A stretch of 64,000 nucleotides of DNA, taken from NCBI GenBank assembly GCA_037189525.1, contig JBBCJC010000005.1, positions 768,001-832,000 on the forward strand, written 5' to 3'. The notes below the pieces were generated by a model. The model saw only the letters and a program-made list of their open reading frames with translations, was not told the DNA's origin and made no database searches. Shown here piece after piece: positions 51,711 to 63,219 of the stretch (position 1 is the stretch's first letter; each line of letters opens with the position of its first letter). The DNA is from Gemmatimonadales bacterium. Lineage in GTDB: Bacteria; Gemmatimonadota; Gemmatimonadetes; Gemmatimonadales; GWC2-71-9. Made by a program: the position numbers and the translations under genes.

Positions 51711-52630
51711 CAGGCGACGTGTGCCGACCGGACCAGGGCCTGGCGGAGGGCCAGACCGAACGGCAGATCTGTGCTGACCCGCTCGTAGCCGATGCCATGG
51801 CGGCGACAGGCGAGCTGCCAATCATGGACGACGCCCTCGACCGTACGCGCGTAGACACCGGCCCAATCGGCCGGACGCAGCGTGACATGCTGGCCGGTTT
51901 CCGGGTCCTCGTAGCGCGACTCGCTGGCGCCTTCCAACGTCATTTCGCTCGGATCCATCAGGTGCAGTACCAGCACCTGATGGCCGCGATGCCGCAGAAA
52001 CCGGAGCGCTTTGGTGGCCAGCTCACGATCGAGCAGGAGATCGGAGACGAAGATGACCAGCCCGCGCCGCTGCAATTGATCCACGACACGGCGGAGGGCC
52101 GGCTCGGCCGCCGTGGCCGACCCCGCATTGGTCCGATGGATCACACCGAGCAACTGCTGCCAGTGCGCCATACGGGCGCGCGGCGGGAGGACTGCGCGGA
52201 CCGCTTCGTCGAAGGTGATAAGGCCGGTGGCATCCCGCTGCCGCAAGAGCACCAGCGCCATGGCCGCGACCAGGCGCTTGGCATACTCCAGCTTGGTCAG
52301 ACGCGTGGCGCTATTACCGGTCCACCCCATCGATTTGCTGGCGTCGAGGACCACCATGGCCCGCAGGTTGGTCTCTTCTTCGAACTGTTTGACGTAGAGG
52401 CGGCCGGTGCGGGCCATCACCTTCCAGTCGACGTACCGAAGTTCGTCGCCCGGCTGATAGGCGCGATGCTCCGCAAACTCCACCGAGAAGCCCCGCCGAG
52501 GCGAGCGGTGCAGTCCGGTGAGGAAACCCTCGACGATGCCTGGCGTCAGCACCTCGATGCCGCCCAATCGGGCAACTTCGAGAGGATCGAGCAGGTCGAG
52601 TCGCTCAGCGCCGCGGGAACTGGATACCAT
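51710..52630 (-). CDS. DUF58 domain protein
   Basis: GLHRSPRRGFSVEFAEHRAYQPGDELRYVDWK, EEETN, DASKSM. Confidence 0.93.
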   Translation of the reverse strand: MVSSSRGAERLDLLDPLEVARLGGIEVLTPGIVEGFLTGLHRSPRRGFSVEFAEHRAYQPGDELRYVDWKVMARTGRLYVKQFEEETNLRAMVVLDASKSMGWTGNSATRLTKLEYAKRLVAAMALVLLRQRDATGLITFDEAVRAVLPPRARMAHWQQLLGVIHRTNAGSATAAEPALRRVVDQLQRRGLVIFVSDLLLDRELATKALRFLRHRGHQVLVLHLMDPSEMTLEGASESRYEDPETGQHVTLRPADWAGVYARTVEGVVHDWQLACRRHGIGYERVSTDLPFGLALRQALVRSAHVA

Positions 52631-52775
52631 AGGCCGGGGGCAACGTACGGGAGGATGGAATCGGAGTCAACGTAAGTGTCACCAGTGTCCTGTTCCGAGG
52701 ACGGACAGAGACGGCCGAATCTCGACCGCATTTCCCATCTAGTTGTAATAACATGACTTAGCAACACCACTTTGA

Positions 52776-52791
52776 TGGCACGGCACCTGCT
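52776..52791 (+). promoter_or_regulatory. Putative sigma-54 -24/-12 promoter
   Basis: TGGCACGGCACCTGCT matches TGGCACG-N4-TTGCW with one mismatch and correct spacing. Confidence 0.65.
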
Positions 52792-52823
52792 TCCCTCCCC
52801 TGACGTTGGGAGGTGTGGTAGAC

Positions 52824-53027
52824 GTGAGAATGATTCGTTGGGCTGTTCCGGTGTTGGTCGCCACGCTGTCGATCGGTGCTCGCTCCCCCCGAGAACCGAT
52901 GATGGCGGAGGCGGCTGCACTGGTTCAGTCACAAGACCCGCCCAAGACCGACAAGAAAAAGCCGGCGCGCGAGCCCGAGTTGCGGCGTCGGAAACCCCCG
53001 CCGCCCAAACCGCCTCATCTCGACTGA
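52824..53027 (+). CDS. Small Pro/Lys-rich exported or membrane-anchored protein
   Basis: GGAGGT RBS 9 nt before GTG; hydrophobic N-terminus then PPKTDKKKP...RRRKPPPPKPP. Confidence 0.55.
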   Translation: MRMIRWAVPVLVATLSIGARSPREPMMAEAAALVQSQDPPKTDKKKPAREPELRRRKPPPPKPPHLD

Positions 53028-53196
53028 CTATCCGGACGCGGTCCCTCCGCATCAGGTTTCATCCGAATCACATCCAGGATCAGGGTCGTACGGTTTGTAT
53101 CAACGGTCCGGGCACGACCGGTTGCAGGACCGTCGCCGGCCGGTTTGACTTCCGGCCAGTCGGCAGAGACGCCGGCATCGATCTGGAGGGTATGAC

Positions 53197-54744
53197 GTGA
53201 CGATTCGGCTCCTCGCCGTTCTTTTGCTTGCTGCGCCCCCGTGCCTCGCGGCTCAGACGGGCCCGCGAACCGACCTCAAACCTGCCGCGGCGCGCATCAC
53301 CGAAGCCGAGATTCGCCGGCAGATCGAAATCATTGCCCATGATTCGATGGGCGGCCGCGATACCCCCAGCCCCGGTCTGGAAATGACCGCGGAATGGGTG
53401 GCCCGTGAGTTTGCGCGCTACGGTCTCAAACCGGGCGGCGACGCCGGAAGCTATCTGCAGCGGTATGAGGTGAACGTTTCCGAACCGGACCCCGATTCGA
53501 CGTTCCTCGAGTTGCTGATTCCCGGCAGCGCGCCCGCGCGGCTGCAGATCGGCTCCGATGTCCGGATCGAGGGCGTCGCGCCTCGGACGGCGACGCAGTA
53601 CGAGGTGGTGCTCCTGGGCGGCAAGCTGCTCGATCCAAACGCGATCAAAGCGGAAGCGGTCCGCGGCAAGCTGGCGATCATCGTTACCGACTGGGCCGGC
53701 GGGATGGGACAGCAGATCCAGGAAGCCGCGGTCAACGCCGTGACCCGCGGCGCGCTTGGTGTGCTGCTCCCGATCAACAACGACTCGCTTGCCACGCAAA
53801 TGGGATTGGGCAGCCCGGTCGGGCCGACCGTCCGGCTGGGGCCACCCCGGCCGGCGGCGCCATCGAACGGCCGGTTCTTCGCGCTGACGTCGGATGCGGC
53901 GCTGACCCGCGCGCTGCCCGCCGTCCGCCAGCAGATCGCTTTCCTGCGCGGCTCGCCGCGCACGACCGTCGCTCCGGTTACGGACTGGCGGGCTACCGTC
54001 GTTTCCCGGGAGGGTGAAGCGCGCTCGGTCCAGGTTCCCAATACGGTCGGGATCCTCGAGGGCAGCGACCCCACGCTGCGCAACGAGTATCTGGTCATCA
54101 CCGCCCACATGGATCACGTCGGTTCGTCCTGCGGCGGCTCGACTCCCGAGGATCGCATCTGCAACGGAGCCGATGACGACGCCTCCGGCACGGTCGGGCT
54201 GGTCGAACTGGCCAAGGCATTCGAGCAGGCGCGCCCGGCCCGGTCGATTCTCTTCGTGGCCGTCAGCGGCGAGGAAAAAGGGCTCTGGGGCAGCGCGCAA
54301 TTTGCAGAGCGTCCCCCGGTACCGATCGGCGCCATGGTGGCCAACCTCAACATGGATATGATCGGGCGGAACTGGAAAGACAGCATCGTCGCGGTCGGCA
54401 AGCCGCACTCGAGCCTCGGCGCGCTGGTCGACCGGGTTGCCGCGGAGCATCCGGAATTGGGTATGACCGTGGTGGACGATCTCTGGCCGGACGAGAACCT
54501 CTTCATGCGCTCGGACCACTACAACTTTGCGCGCAGGGGCATTCCAGCCCTGTTCTTTACCAGCGGCCTGCACGGCGACTATCACGCCGTGTCCGATACG
54601 CCGGACAAGATCGACGCCGAGAAGCAGGCGCGAATACTCCAGCTGATTTTTTATCTGGGATACGAGATCGCCAACACACCGGAGCGGCCGACCTGGGATC
54701 AGGCGAGCTATCAACGCATCGTACGACCGGCGGGGCAACCCTGA
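53197..54744 (+). CDS. Exported M28 family peptidase
   Basis: GRDTPSPG, AHMDH, GADDDASG, GEEKGL, NMDMIG, RSDH, DYH. Confidence 0.93.
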   Translation: MTIRLLAVLLLAAPPCLAAQTGPRTDLKPAAARITEAEIRRQIEIIAHDSMGGRDTPSPGLEMTAEWVAREFARYGLKPGGDAGSYLQRYEVNVSEPDPDSTFLELLIPGSAPARLQIGSDVRIEGVAPRTATQYEVVLLGGKLLDPNAIKAEAVRGKLAIIVTDWAGGMGQQIQEAAVNAVTRGALGVLLPINNDSLATQMGLGSPVGPTVRLGPPRPAAPSNGRFFALTSDAALTRALPAVRQQIAFLRGSPRTTVAPVTDWRATVVSREGEARSVQVPNTVGILEGSDPTLRNEYLVITAHMDHVGSSCGGSTPEDRICNGADDDASGTVGLVELAKAFEQARPARSILFVAVSGEEKGLWGSAQFAERPPVPIGAMVANLNMDMIGRNWKDSIVAVGKPHSSLGALVDRVAAEHPELGMTVVDDLWPDENLFMRSDHYNFARRGIPALFFTSGLHGDYHAVSDTPDKIDAEKQARILQLIFYLGYEIANTPERPTWDQASYQRIVRPAGQP

Positions 54745-55127
54745 TGAGCAACGAGACGAAATCGCTGGAGCAGTTCCATACGTTCCGCACGGCGATGAAC
54801 GAGAAGATCTTCGCGGCGGGGAACCTGACGACCAACCGATTCTTCAACCTCGACACGCGGGCCTACGAAGCCGGCGCGCTCGATGTCAAAACCAAGGAGA
54901 TGCTCGGCCTGGTCGCGTCGCTGGTGCTGCGCTGCGACGACTGCGTCACCTATCATGTCGAACGGTGCACAGAGGAAGGAGTCACCGATCCGGAGATGCA
55001 CGAGGTCTTTTCGATCGGCCTCCTGATCGGCGGTTCGATCGTGATTCCGCACCTGCGCCGGGCCGTGGCTCGGCTCGAGGAAGTCCGGACCGGCAACGCC
55101 GGAGACACGCCAGCCAAAGCAACCTGA
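54744..55127 (+). CDS. Carboxymuconolactone decarboxylase/AhpD family protein
   Basis: GALDVKTKEMLGLVASLVLRCDDCVTYH (CxxC). Confidence 0.9.
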   Translation: MSNETKSLEQFHTFRTAMNEKIFAAGNLTTNRFFNLDTRAYEAGALDVKTKEMLGLVASLVLRCDDCVTYHVERCTEEGVTDPEMHEVFSIGLLIGGSIVIPHLRRAVARLEEVRTGNAGDTPAKAT

Positions 55128-55146
55128 CGCCAGACCGGCGTCAGGT
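55122..55146. terminator. Hairpin between convergent genes
   Basis: ACCTGACGCC-AGACC-GGCGTCAGGT perfect 10-bp stem. Confidence 0.55.
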
Positions 55147-55152
55147 CTTAGT

Positions 55153-56046
55153 TCAGACCTCTTCGGCCTGCGCCGGCGCGCGGCTGATCAGAATCCCACC
55201 GATGACGAGCGCCGCGCCGACTCCCTGGAGCGGCGCCGGCCGTTCGCCGAGCAGCAGCCAGGCCACCAGCGCAGCAAAGACCGGTGTGACGCAGTTGTAG
55301 AGCGCGGTCCGGTTCCCTCCCAGCGCTTTGAGCCCACGGGTCCAGAGCACCATGGCAAAGAGCGAGGAAAAGACGGAGGAGTAGATCAACGCCATCCAGA
55401 CGACGGGCGACAGAGTCGGCAGTTCGATCGCCGCGAGTCCCGGCGCCGCGGCGAGCACCAACCCTGGCGTGCCGCCGACGTGGGTAACTGCTGCCACCTC
55501 GAGCGCGCTCCGCGACATCGCGACGTCACGCACACCGACCAGGAATGAGGCCCAGCAGATCACGGCGGCAATGGTGAGCGCATCGCCCACCAGCGTGTCG
55601 AGCGTAAAATGCGCACCTTGCGCTGCCACGACGAGCACGACGCCCACCGTTCCGAGTCCGATCGCGGCCCAGACCCGAGGCTCGGGACGTTCCCGACCGC
55701 TCGCGATACCGAACAGCGCCACAACCACCGGCAGGGTCGCAAAAATCAGCGCGCTGTTGGTGGCCGTAGTGTGGCGCAGGCCGTAAAGGAAGAACGCCTG
55801 GTTGAGCGTGTGACCCACGATGCCCCAGGCCATGAGCCGCCACAGCACTGCTCGCGGGATTCGGCCCGGGCGTTCGATGCCCCAGAACACGGCCATCAGC
55901 AACACGCTGCTCAGAATGAAGCGAAGCGCGGCAAAGGGCAACGGGCCGATATGGACCAACGCAAGCTTCGAAAAGCTGAAATTGGCGCCCCAGATCAGGG
56001 AGACGACCAGGAGACCGACATCGTAACGCGAAAAACCGCGAACCAT
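55153..56046 (-). CDS. EamA/DMT family transporter
   Basis: [23 protein letters not shown]; ~10 TM. Confidence 0.92.
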   Translation of the reverse strand: MVRGFSRYDVGLLVVSLIWGANFSFSKLALVHIGPLPFAALRFILSSVLLMAVFWGIERPGRIPRAVLWRLMAWGIVGHTLNQAFFLYGLRHTTATNSALIFATLPVVVALFGIASGRERPEPRVWAAIGLGTVGVVLVVAAQGAHFTLDTLVGDALTIAAVICWASFLVGVRDVAMSRSALEVAAVTHVGGTPGLVLAAAPGLAAIELPTLSPVVWMALIYSSVFSSLFAMVLWTRGLKALGGNRTALYNCVTPVFAALVAWLLLGERPAPLQGVGAALVIGGILISRAPAQAEEV

Positions 56047-56047
56047 G

Positions 56048-56965
56048 CTAGCGGCCGCTCTGGGCCCGCGCGGTCGAGCGAGCCATGCTCTGGCTCAGAA
56101 ACACACCGGCAAAGACCAGTGCTGCGCCGACGACCTGGATCGGCAGCGGCCGTTCCCCGAGTACAACCCAGGCCACCAGTGCCGCGACGATCGGAACGAT
56201 GCAGTTGTACAGCGCCGTGCGGTTCCCGCCGATCCGCTGGACGGCCACGCTCCAGATCGCGTACGCGACCACGATGGAGAGCACCGAGGAATACAGCAGC
56301 GCCAACCAGGTCGGGGTACCGAGGTGGAGCCAGTCGATTCGGAGCAGGTCAGGCCAGGCGAGCAAGACCAGCAGCGGCGTGCCGCCAAAGGTCGTGAGCA
56401 GGACGACGCGCATGGGATGGAGATTCCGGCCCACCTGCCGGACGCCCACCGTGAAGACCGACCAGCAGAGGCAGGCGAGCAGGGCCAGCAGGTCGCCGCG
56501 GAGCGTGGCCGACGAGAAATCGAGGCCGCGGGCGGCTATGACCATGACGACCCCGATGGTCGCGATGACGATCCCCAACCAGAGCCGCGGGCTGGTACGC
56601 TCGACCCCGAACACCGTGCCCAGCACGGCGACCGCCACGGGCATGGCGCCGAGGATGAGCGCGGCGTTGGTGGCCGTGGTGACCACGAGGCCGGTCATCA
56701 GAGCCGCCTGATAGGCGGTGTTGCCGATCAGGCCGAGTCCCGCCAATGCCCAGGCCGTCCGAGCGGAAATCGCCTCGCCGGGTTTGAGGACGGCAACAAT
56801 CACCCAGAGCATCCCGCTCGCAATCAGAAACCGGACCGCCGAAAAGGCGAGCGGGGGAACGGAGACGAGGGCGAATTTGTTCGCGCTGAAGTTCGCACCC
56901 CAGATGAGGGTGACGACCAGCATCCCGAGATCGGATTTGGAGAGGGGCGGCGCAGAGGAGGCCAT
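56048..56965 (-). CDS. EamA/DMT family transporter
   Basis: [23 protein letters not shown]; ~10 TM; start ATG 56965. Confidence 0.92.
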   Translation of the reverse strand: MASSAPPLSKSDLGMLVVTLIWGANFSANKFALVSVPPLAFSAVRFLIASGMLWVIVAVLKPGEAISARTAWALAGLGLIGNTAYQAALMTGLVVTTATNAALILGAMPVAVAVLGTVFGVERTSPRLWLGIVIATIGVVMVIAARGLDFSSATLRGDLLALLACLCWSVFTVGVRQVGRNLHPMRVVLLTTFGGTPLLVLLAWPDLLRIDWLHLGTPTWLALLYSSVLSIVVAYAIWSVAVQRIGGNRTALYNCIVPIVAALVAWVVLGERPLPIQVVGAALVFAGVFLSQSMARSTARAQSGR

Positions 56966-57055
56966 TGCGGCGTACAATCTAGCAGGGCGCCCGGCCGGCC
57001 GCCCGGTCCCCCGCCCCCGAGGAACACGCTGGGCACCCCGACTATATTCGGGCCC

Positions 57056-58861
<1,806 letters not shown>

Positions 58862-58872
58862 GGACCTGACCT

Positions 58873-59874
58873 GTGTCGCAGAGTGCAGTCGACGGCGGCA
58901 CGCTGGTGATTCAAACGGCCTTTCTGGGTGACGTGGTCCTGACCACGGGCCTGCTCACGCACCTTGCGGCAGAGTTCGGCCCGGTCGACATCCTGGTCAC
59001 GCCGGGCGCCGTTCCGCTGGTGGAAACCCATCCCGCGGTGCGGCGAGTCATACCCTACGACAAAAAAGGCCGCGACCGCGGTCTGCGCGCCTGGTGGCGC
59101 CTGGTCCGCACGATCCGCGACCGGCGCTACGCCCGCGCCGTCCTGCCGCACCGCTCGCTCCGCAGCGCGGCGCTCGCGTGGGCTGCGCGCATCCCGGTTC
59201 GGATCGGATTCGCGGGGTCGCCCGGCGCCCGGCTCTACACCCATCGGGTAGCGCGCCCGGCCGACGCGCACGAGGCCGAACGCCTGCTGGCGCTGGCGTC
59301 GCCCGCCCCGGGTGAAACCGCGCAGCTGCAGGTGGCGCTGACCGACGACGATCGGGGCCGAGCCTATGCGTGGCTGGCGGCTCGGGGTATCGGCGACGGA
59401 TTCATCGTGATGGCTCCCGGGTCGATCTGGGGCACCAAACGGTGGCCCTACTACCCGGACCTGATCAAACGCCTCCCCGGCCCGGTCGTAGTCATCGGCG
59501 GCCCCGCCGACCGGGAGTTGGCCCAGACCCTGGTCGATGCCGCGCCGGATCGCGTAGCGGATGCGACCGGAGCCATGTCGCTCCGTGAGTCGGCGGCGCT
59601 GATCGAACGGGCCCAACTCCTGATCACCAATGATTCCGCCCCGCTCCATCTGGCCAGCGCGCTGGGGACGCCGACGGTGGCCATATTCGGTCCGACCGTG
59701 CCGGCCTTCGGATTCGGCCCCCGCGCGCCACAATCGGCGCTGATCGAGCGCGAGTTGGAGTGCCGCCCCTGTTCGCTCCACGGGCCGGCCCGCTGCCCGC
59801 TTGGTCATCATCGCTGTATGCGCGAGATTCCACCGGACAGCGTGCGCGACGCGATTCACCAGCTGATCGGATAG
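58873..59874 (+). CDS. waaF: GT9 LPS heptosyltransferase (WaaF-like)
   Basis: QTAFLGDVVL, APGSIWGTKRWP, NDSAPLHLA, FGPT, CRPC. Confidence 0.82.
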   Translation: MSQSAVDGGTLVIQTAFLGDVVLTTGLLTHLAAEFGPVDILVTPGAVPLVETHPAVRRVIPYDKKGRDRGLRAWWRLVRTIRDRRYARAVLPHRSLRSAALAWAARIPVRIGFAGSPGARLYTHRVARPADAHEAERLLALASPAPGETAQLQVALTDDDRGRAYAWLAARGIGDGFIVMAPGSIWGTKRWPYYPDLIKRLPGPVVVIGGPADRELAQTLVDAAPDRVADATGAMSLRESAALIERAQLLITNDSAPLHLASALGTPTVAIFGPTVPAFGFGPRAPQSALIERELECRPCSLHGPARCPLGHHRCMREIPPDSVRDAIHQLIG

Positions 59875-59882
59875 TGACGCAG

Positions 59883-60842
59883 ATGGAATACGTCCTCGGC
59901 ATCGACATCGGAGGCACCAATCTCGTCGCGGCCGCGGTCTCGATCGACGGCGGGCGGCTCGAAGGGCTTCGGTCGGAGCCGACCGATGCGGGACGGGGCG
60001 CGGACGACGTGATCGGCCGCCTGGTTGCCATGGCGCGGCGCACCATCGACGACACCCGGGCCGCCGACCCGGCCGCCCGGCTGATCGGGATCGGGATCGG
60101 CTCACCCGGGCCGGTCGACATTGCCGCCGGCGTGGTGCTGCTCACCCCGAATCTCGGGTGGGTCAACATGCCGGTGCGCGATATGATTGCCGGCCCGCTC
60201 GGCCTGCCGGCCAGTCTGGACAACGACGCTACCTGCGCAATGGCGGGCGAATGGTGGCTCGGGGCGGCCCGCGGGGCGCGCCATGCCGTGACCTTCACCC
60301 TCGGCACCGGTATCGGCGGCGGCGTGGTGGTCGATGGCAAAGTCCTCCACGGCGCGTCCGACGTGGCGGGCGAGATCGGCCATATCACGATCGAGACCAA
60401 CGGGCGCCGCTGCGGGTGCGGCAACGACGGATGCCTCGAAGCCTACGCCTCGGGAACCGCGATTGCGCGGCGGATGGCCGAAGCCATCGGCGCCGGGGGC
60501 GAATCGTCGCTGGTGGGACCCGAGGGCCGCGAGCTGACCGCCCAAGCCGTCTACGAAGCCGCCGCGTCCGGCGATCCGTTGGCCCTGGAAGTGGTGCAGG
60601 ACACCGCCAAATACCTGGGTGTCGGGGTCGCCAATCTGATCAACATCCTCAATCCCGAGATCGTGGTGATCTGCGGCGGCGTCACCCAGGCCGGCGACCG
60701 GCTCTTCACGCCGCTCCGCCGAGAAGTGACACGGCGCGCGTTCAAACCGGCGGTCGAGGTGTGCCGGATCGTGCCCGGCGAACTTCCCGGCACGGCCGGC
60801 GTGGTCGGGGCGGCCAAGATCTTCCTGGAAACCCATGCCTAA
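59883..60842 (+). CDS. glk: ROK family sugar kinase (glucokinase-like)
   Basis: GIDIGGT, DNDA, GTGIGGG, GEIGH, CGCGNDGCLE. Confidence 0.88.
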   Translation: MEYVLGIDIGGTNLVAAAVSIDGGRLEGLRSEPTDAGRGADDVIGRLVAMARRTIDDTRAADPAARLIGIGIGSPGPVDIAAGVVLLTPNLGWVNMPVRDMIAGPLGLPASLDNDATCAMAGEWWLGAARGARHAVTFTLGTGIGGGVVVDGKVLHGASDVAGEIGHITIETNGRRCGCGNDGCLEAYASGTAIARRMAEAIGAGGESSLVGPEGRELTAQAVYEAAASGDPLALEVVQDTAKYLGVGVANLINILNPEIVVICGGVTQAGDRLFTPLRREVTRRAFKPAVEVCRIVPGELPGTAGVVGAAKIFLETHA

Positions 60843-61764
60843 GGTTGGCGTCATCGGCTCACTGGTCTGGGATGAGATCCACGGACGCGATCCCGGCCGC
60901 GTGGCCGTCGAAGAATGGGGTGGGATCGCCTACGCGCTGGCGGGGTTCGACGCGGCGCTGGCCGACGACTGGCAGATCGTTCCGCTCATCAAAGTGGGGC
61001 GCGATCTGGCCGGACCGGCCGAGCAGCTACTGCGCTCGCTCTGCCGAGTGCCCGAATCGGTTCGATTCATCGAAGTGCCGGCCCCCAACAATCGCGTGGT
61101 GCTCCGCTATACCTCGACCGAGCGCCGCACCGAACGGATGCAGGGCGGCGTCCCCGGGTGGACCTGGGCAGAACTGGGCCCGCTGGTCCAGGACCTCGAT
61201 GCGGTCTACCTCAACTTCATTTCAGGCTTCGAACTGAGCCTGGGCACCGCGGCCGCCCTGCGCGACGGCTTCCGCGGACCGATTTACGCCGACCTTCACA
61301 GCCTCTTTCTCGCGATGGGTACCGACGGCATGCGAGCGATGCAACCGCTGCCCGATGCGGCCGGCTGGTATCGATGCTTCGACCTGGTGCAGCTCAACGA
61401 AGACGAGATGGCCGAACTGTCGACCGATCCGATGAGCCTGGCCGCCGCGATGTTATCGGTTGGCGTGAGCACGGTTCTGGTTACCTTGGGAGCGCGGGGG
61501 GCGGTGTATCTCACCGACGGCCGGATCGGCGGAGGAGAGCCCGGTCCGCTTCGTACCGCGCTGATTCCGTCGCCGGCGGTCGATGACGCCGATCCGACCG
61601 GGTGCGGCGACGTCTTCGGTGCAACCACCTTTGCCCGACTCCTCGCCGGCGATCCGCTCGACCTCGCGGTGGCCGCCGGGACCAGCGCCGGCGCCCGCAA
61701 TGCCGGCTTCCGCGGCGCGACCGGGTTGGCGCACCACCTTCGGGGCTCTCTCGTCTCACTATGA
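60835..61764 (+). CDS. PfkB-family carbohydrate kinase
   Basis: GG near N-terminus, LNEDE, VTLGARG, DPTGCGDVF. Confidence 0.85.
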   Translation: MPKVGVIGSLVWDEIHGRDPGRVAVEEWGGIAYALAGFDAALADDWQIVPLIKVGRDLAGPAEQLLRSLCRVPESVRFIEVPAPNNRVVLRYTSTERRTERMQGGVPGWTWAELGPLVQDLDAVYLNFISGFELSLGTAAALRDGFRGPIYADLHSLFLAMGTDGMRAMQPLPDAAGWYRCFDLVQLNEDEMAELSTDPMSLAAAMLSVGVSTVLVTLGARGAVYLTDGRIGGGEPGPLRTALIPSPAVDDADPTGCGDVFGATTFARLLAGDPLDLAVAAGTSAGARNAGFRGATGLAHHLRGSLVSL

Positions 61765-61771
61765 TTGGCAC

Positions 61772-62680
61772 ATGATTCACGTTGCGCCGGTTCCGACATC
61801 CTTCGACGATCGCGGTCTCGACACACTGGCTCAGGCGTTGGGCTCGTGGCCACCTCCGGAACGGCTCCTGCTCGATGCGCGGGGCACCACCTGGGCCTCG
61901 CCGTACGGCCTTGCTGCGCTGCTGACGCTGGGACAGTCCATCGCGGAACTCGGCCTGCCCCGCCCCAAGTTCGCCGCGCCCGACTCCGACGACACGCGCA
62001 GCTACTGGGCGCGGACCGGCTTTTTCACCTATGCCGCGGAGTACTTCGAGCTGGTCGGCAAAATCCCCCGCCGGAGCGGCGACGCACCGAGCGATACCCT
62101 GCTCCCGCTCACGCCGATCCGGGATACCGAAGATGTGCACGAAGTGGTCGGCAAGCTCCAGGAAGTGGCCACTCGGATCCTGACCACCGAACTCAAACTC
62201 GAGGCCAAGGCCACGATGGGGTTTGCGATGGCGCTGTCGGAAGCCTGCCAGAACGTGGTCGAACACGCCGAGACCGGCGGCTGGGTTGCTGCGCAGACCT
62301 ATTTCTGGAAGCGGCGGCTCGGCCGGAAGGTGGCGGTCATTGCCGTCAGCGACGGCGGGATCGGATTCCGGCGCTCCCTCGAGGCTACGGAAGCCAAGAA
62401 GGTCGGGGAACGTTGGGGCGACGGGGCGGCACTCGAGTCGGCCGTGCTCCACTCGGTCAGTCGCTTCCGCGACAAGGAGAAAGGCCGCGGGCAGGGCATC
62501 GCCGGCATCAAACGTTACATTTTCCGGTGGCACGGCAAGCTGTCCGTCCGGAGCGGTTCCGCCCGGATTGCCCTGTTGCCGGAGTGGGATGACGACGTGC
62601 CGCTGGCAGAGCACCTGCCGTTCTTTCCTGGAGCGCAGCTCCAACTCACGATTCCAGCGCAGGAAGCGGTGTCCCGATGA
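61772..62680 (+). CDS. STAS-like + HATPase (RsbW-like) protein
   Basis: LLDARGTTWASPYGLAAL; N-box SEACQNVVEHA, G1 SDGGIG, G2 GRGQGI, C-terminal PGAQLQL. Confidence 0.82.
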   Translation: MIHVAPVPTSFDDRGLDTLAQALGSWPPPERLLLDARGTTWASPYGLAALLTLGQSIAELGLPRPKFAAPDSDDTRSYWARTGFFTYAAEYFELVGKIPRRSGDAPSDTLLPLTPIRDTEDVHEVVGKLQEVATRILTTELKLEAKATMGFAMALSEACQNVVEHAETGGWVAAQTYFWKRRLGRKVAVIAVSDGGIGFRRSLEATEAKKVGERWGDGAALESAVLHSVSRFRDKEKGRGQGIAGIKRYIFRWHGKLSVRSGSARIALLPEWDDDVPLAEHLPFFPGAQLQLTIPAQEAVSR

Positions 62681-63219
62681 GAGAACACATCGACCTCGCT
62701 CCGATCCTTCGTGAAAGCGTCCGGACCAGCTACTCGGACCTGGTCACCCGACCGACCGGCGCCAATGTCCGGACCCGGATCCAGGCGGTGATCGAGGCGA
62801 GCCCGTATCCCACCACGCAGCTCGACTTCCGCGCCATCGGCTTACTCGACTTCAGCTGCGCCGACGAAATCGTGGCCAAGCTGCTGCTGCTCGACGATCT
62901 GGACCGTCCCCGCTACATGGTGCTGCTCAACGTGTCGGAAACACACCGCGAGACGATCGACCACGTCCTGGAGACCCACAGCCTGACCGTCGTTGCGCTC
63001 CTGTCCGACGATACCCGGCCCACCATTCTCGGCTGGCGGACACCCGACCTCGTGGCGGCATTCGAGGCGGTGATGGCCCTGGGCCCCGGGGATGCGAGCC
63101 GGGTGGCCGATACGTTAGGTTGGACGATAGAGCGGGCCGCCGACGCGCTCCAATCGCTGGCGCTCAGGCGCCTGGTTCAGGCTGCATCCGGGACCTATTG
63201 CCCCATACCGATCCGATGA
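62677..63219 (+). CDS. STAS-like (DUF4325-type) domain fused to winged HTH
   Basis: LVTRPTG...LDFRAIGLLDFSCADEIVAKL; C-terminal ASRVADTLGWTIERAADALQSLALRRLV; ATGA overlaps on both sides. Confidence 0.75.
   Translation: MREHIDLAPILRESVRTSYSDLVTRPTGANVRTRIQAVIEASPYPTTQLDFRAIGLLDFSCADEIVAKLLLLDDLDRPRYMVLLNVSETHRETIDHVLETHSLTVVALLSDDTRPTILGWRTPDLVAAFEAVMALGPGDASRVADTLGWTIERAADALQSLALRRLVQAASGTYCPIPIR

Noticed and set aside
56045..57055. 337-aa N-terminal extension of LepA in the ORF track (likewise extended RocD and Mfd)
   Set aside because: Overlaps a real neighbouring gene; canonical start at 57056.
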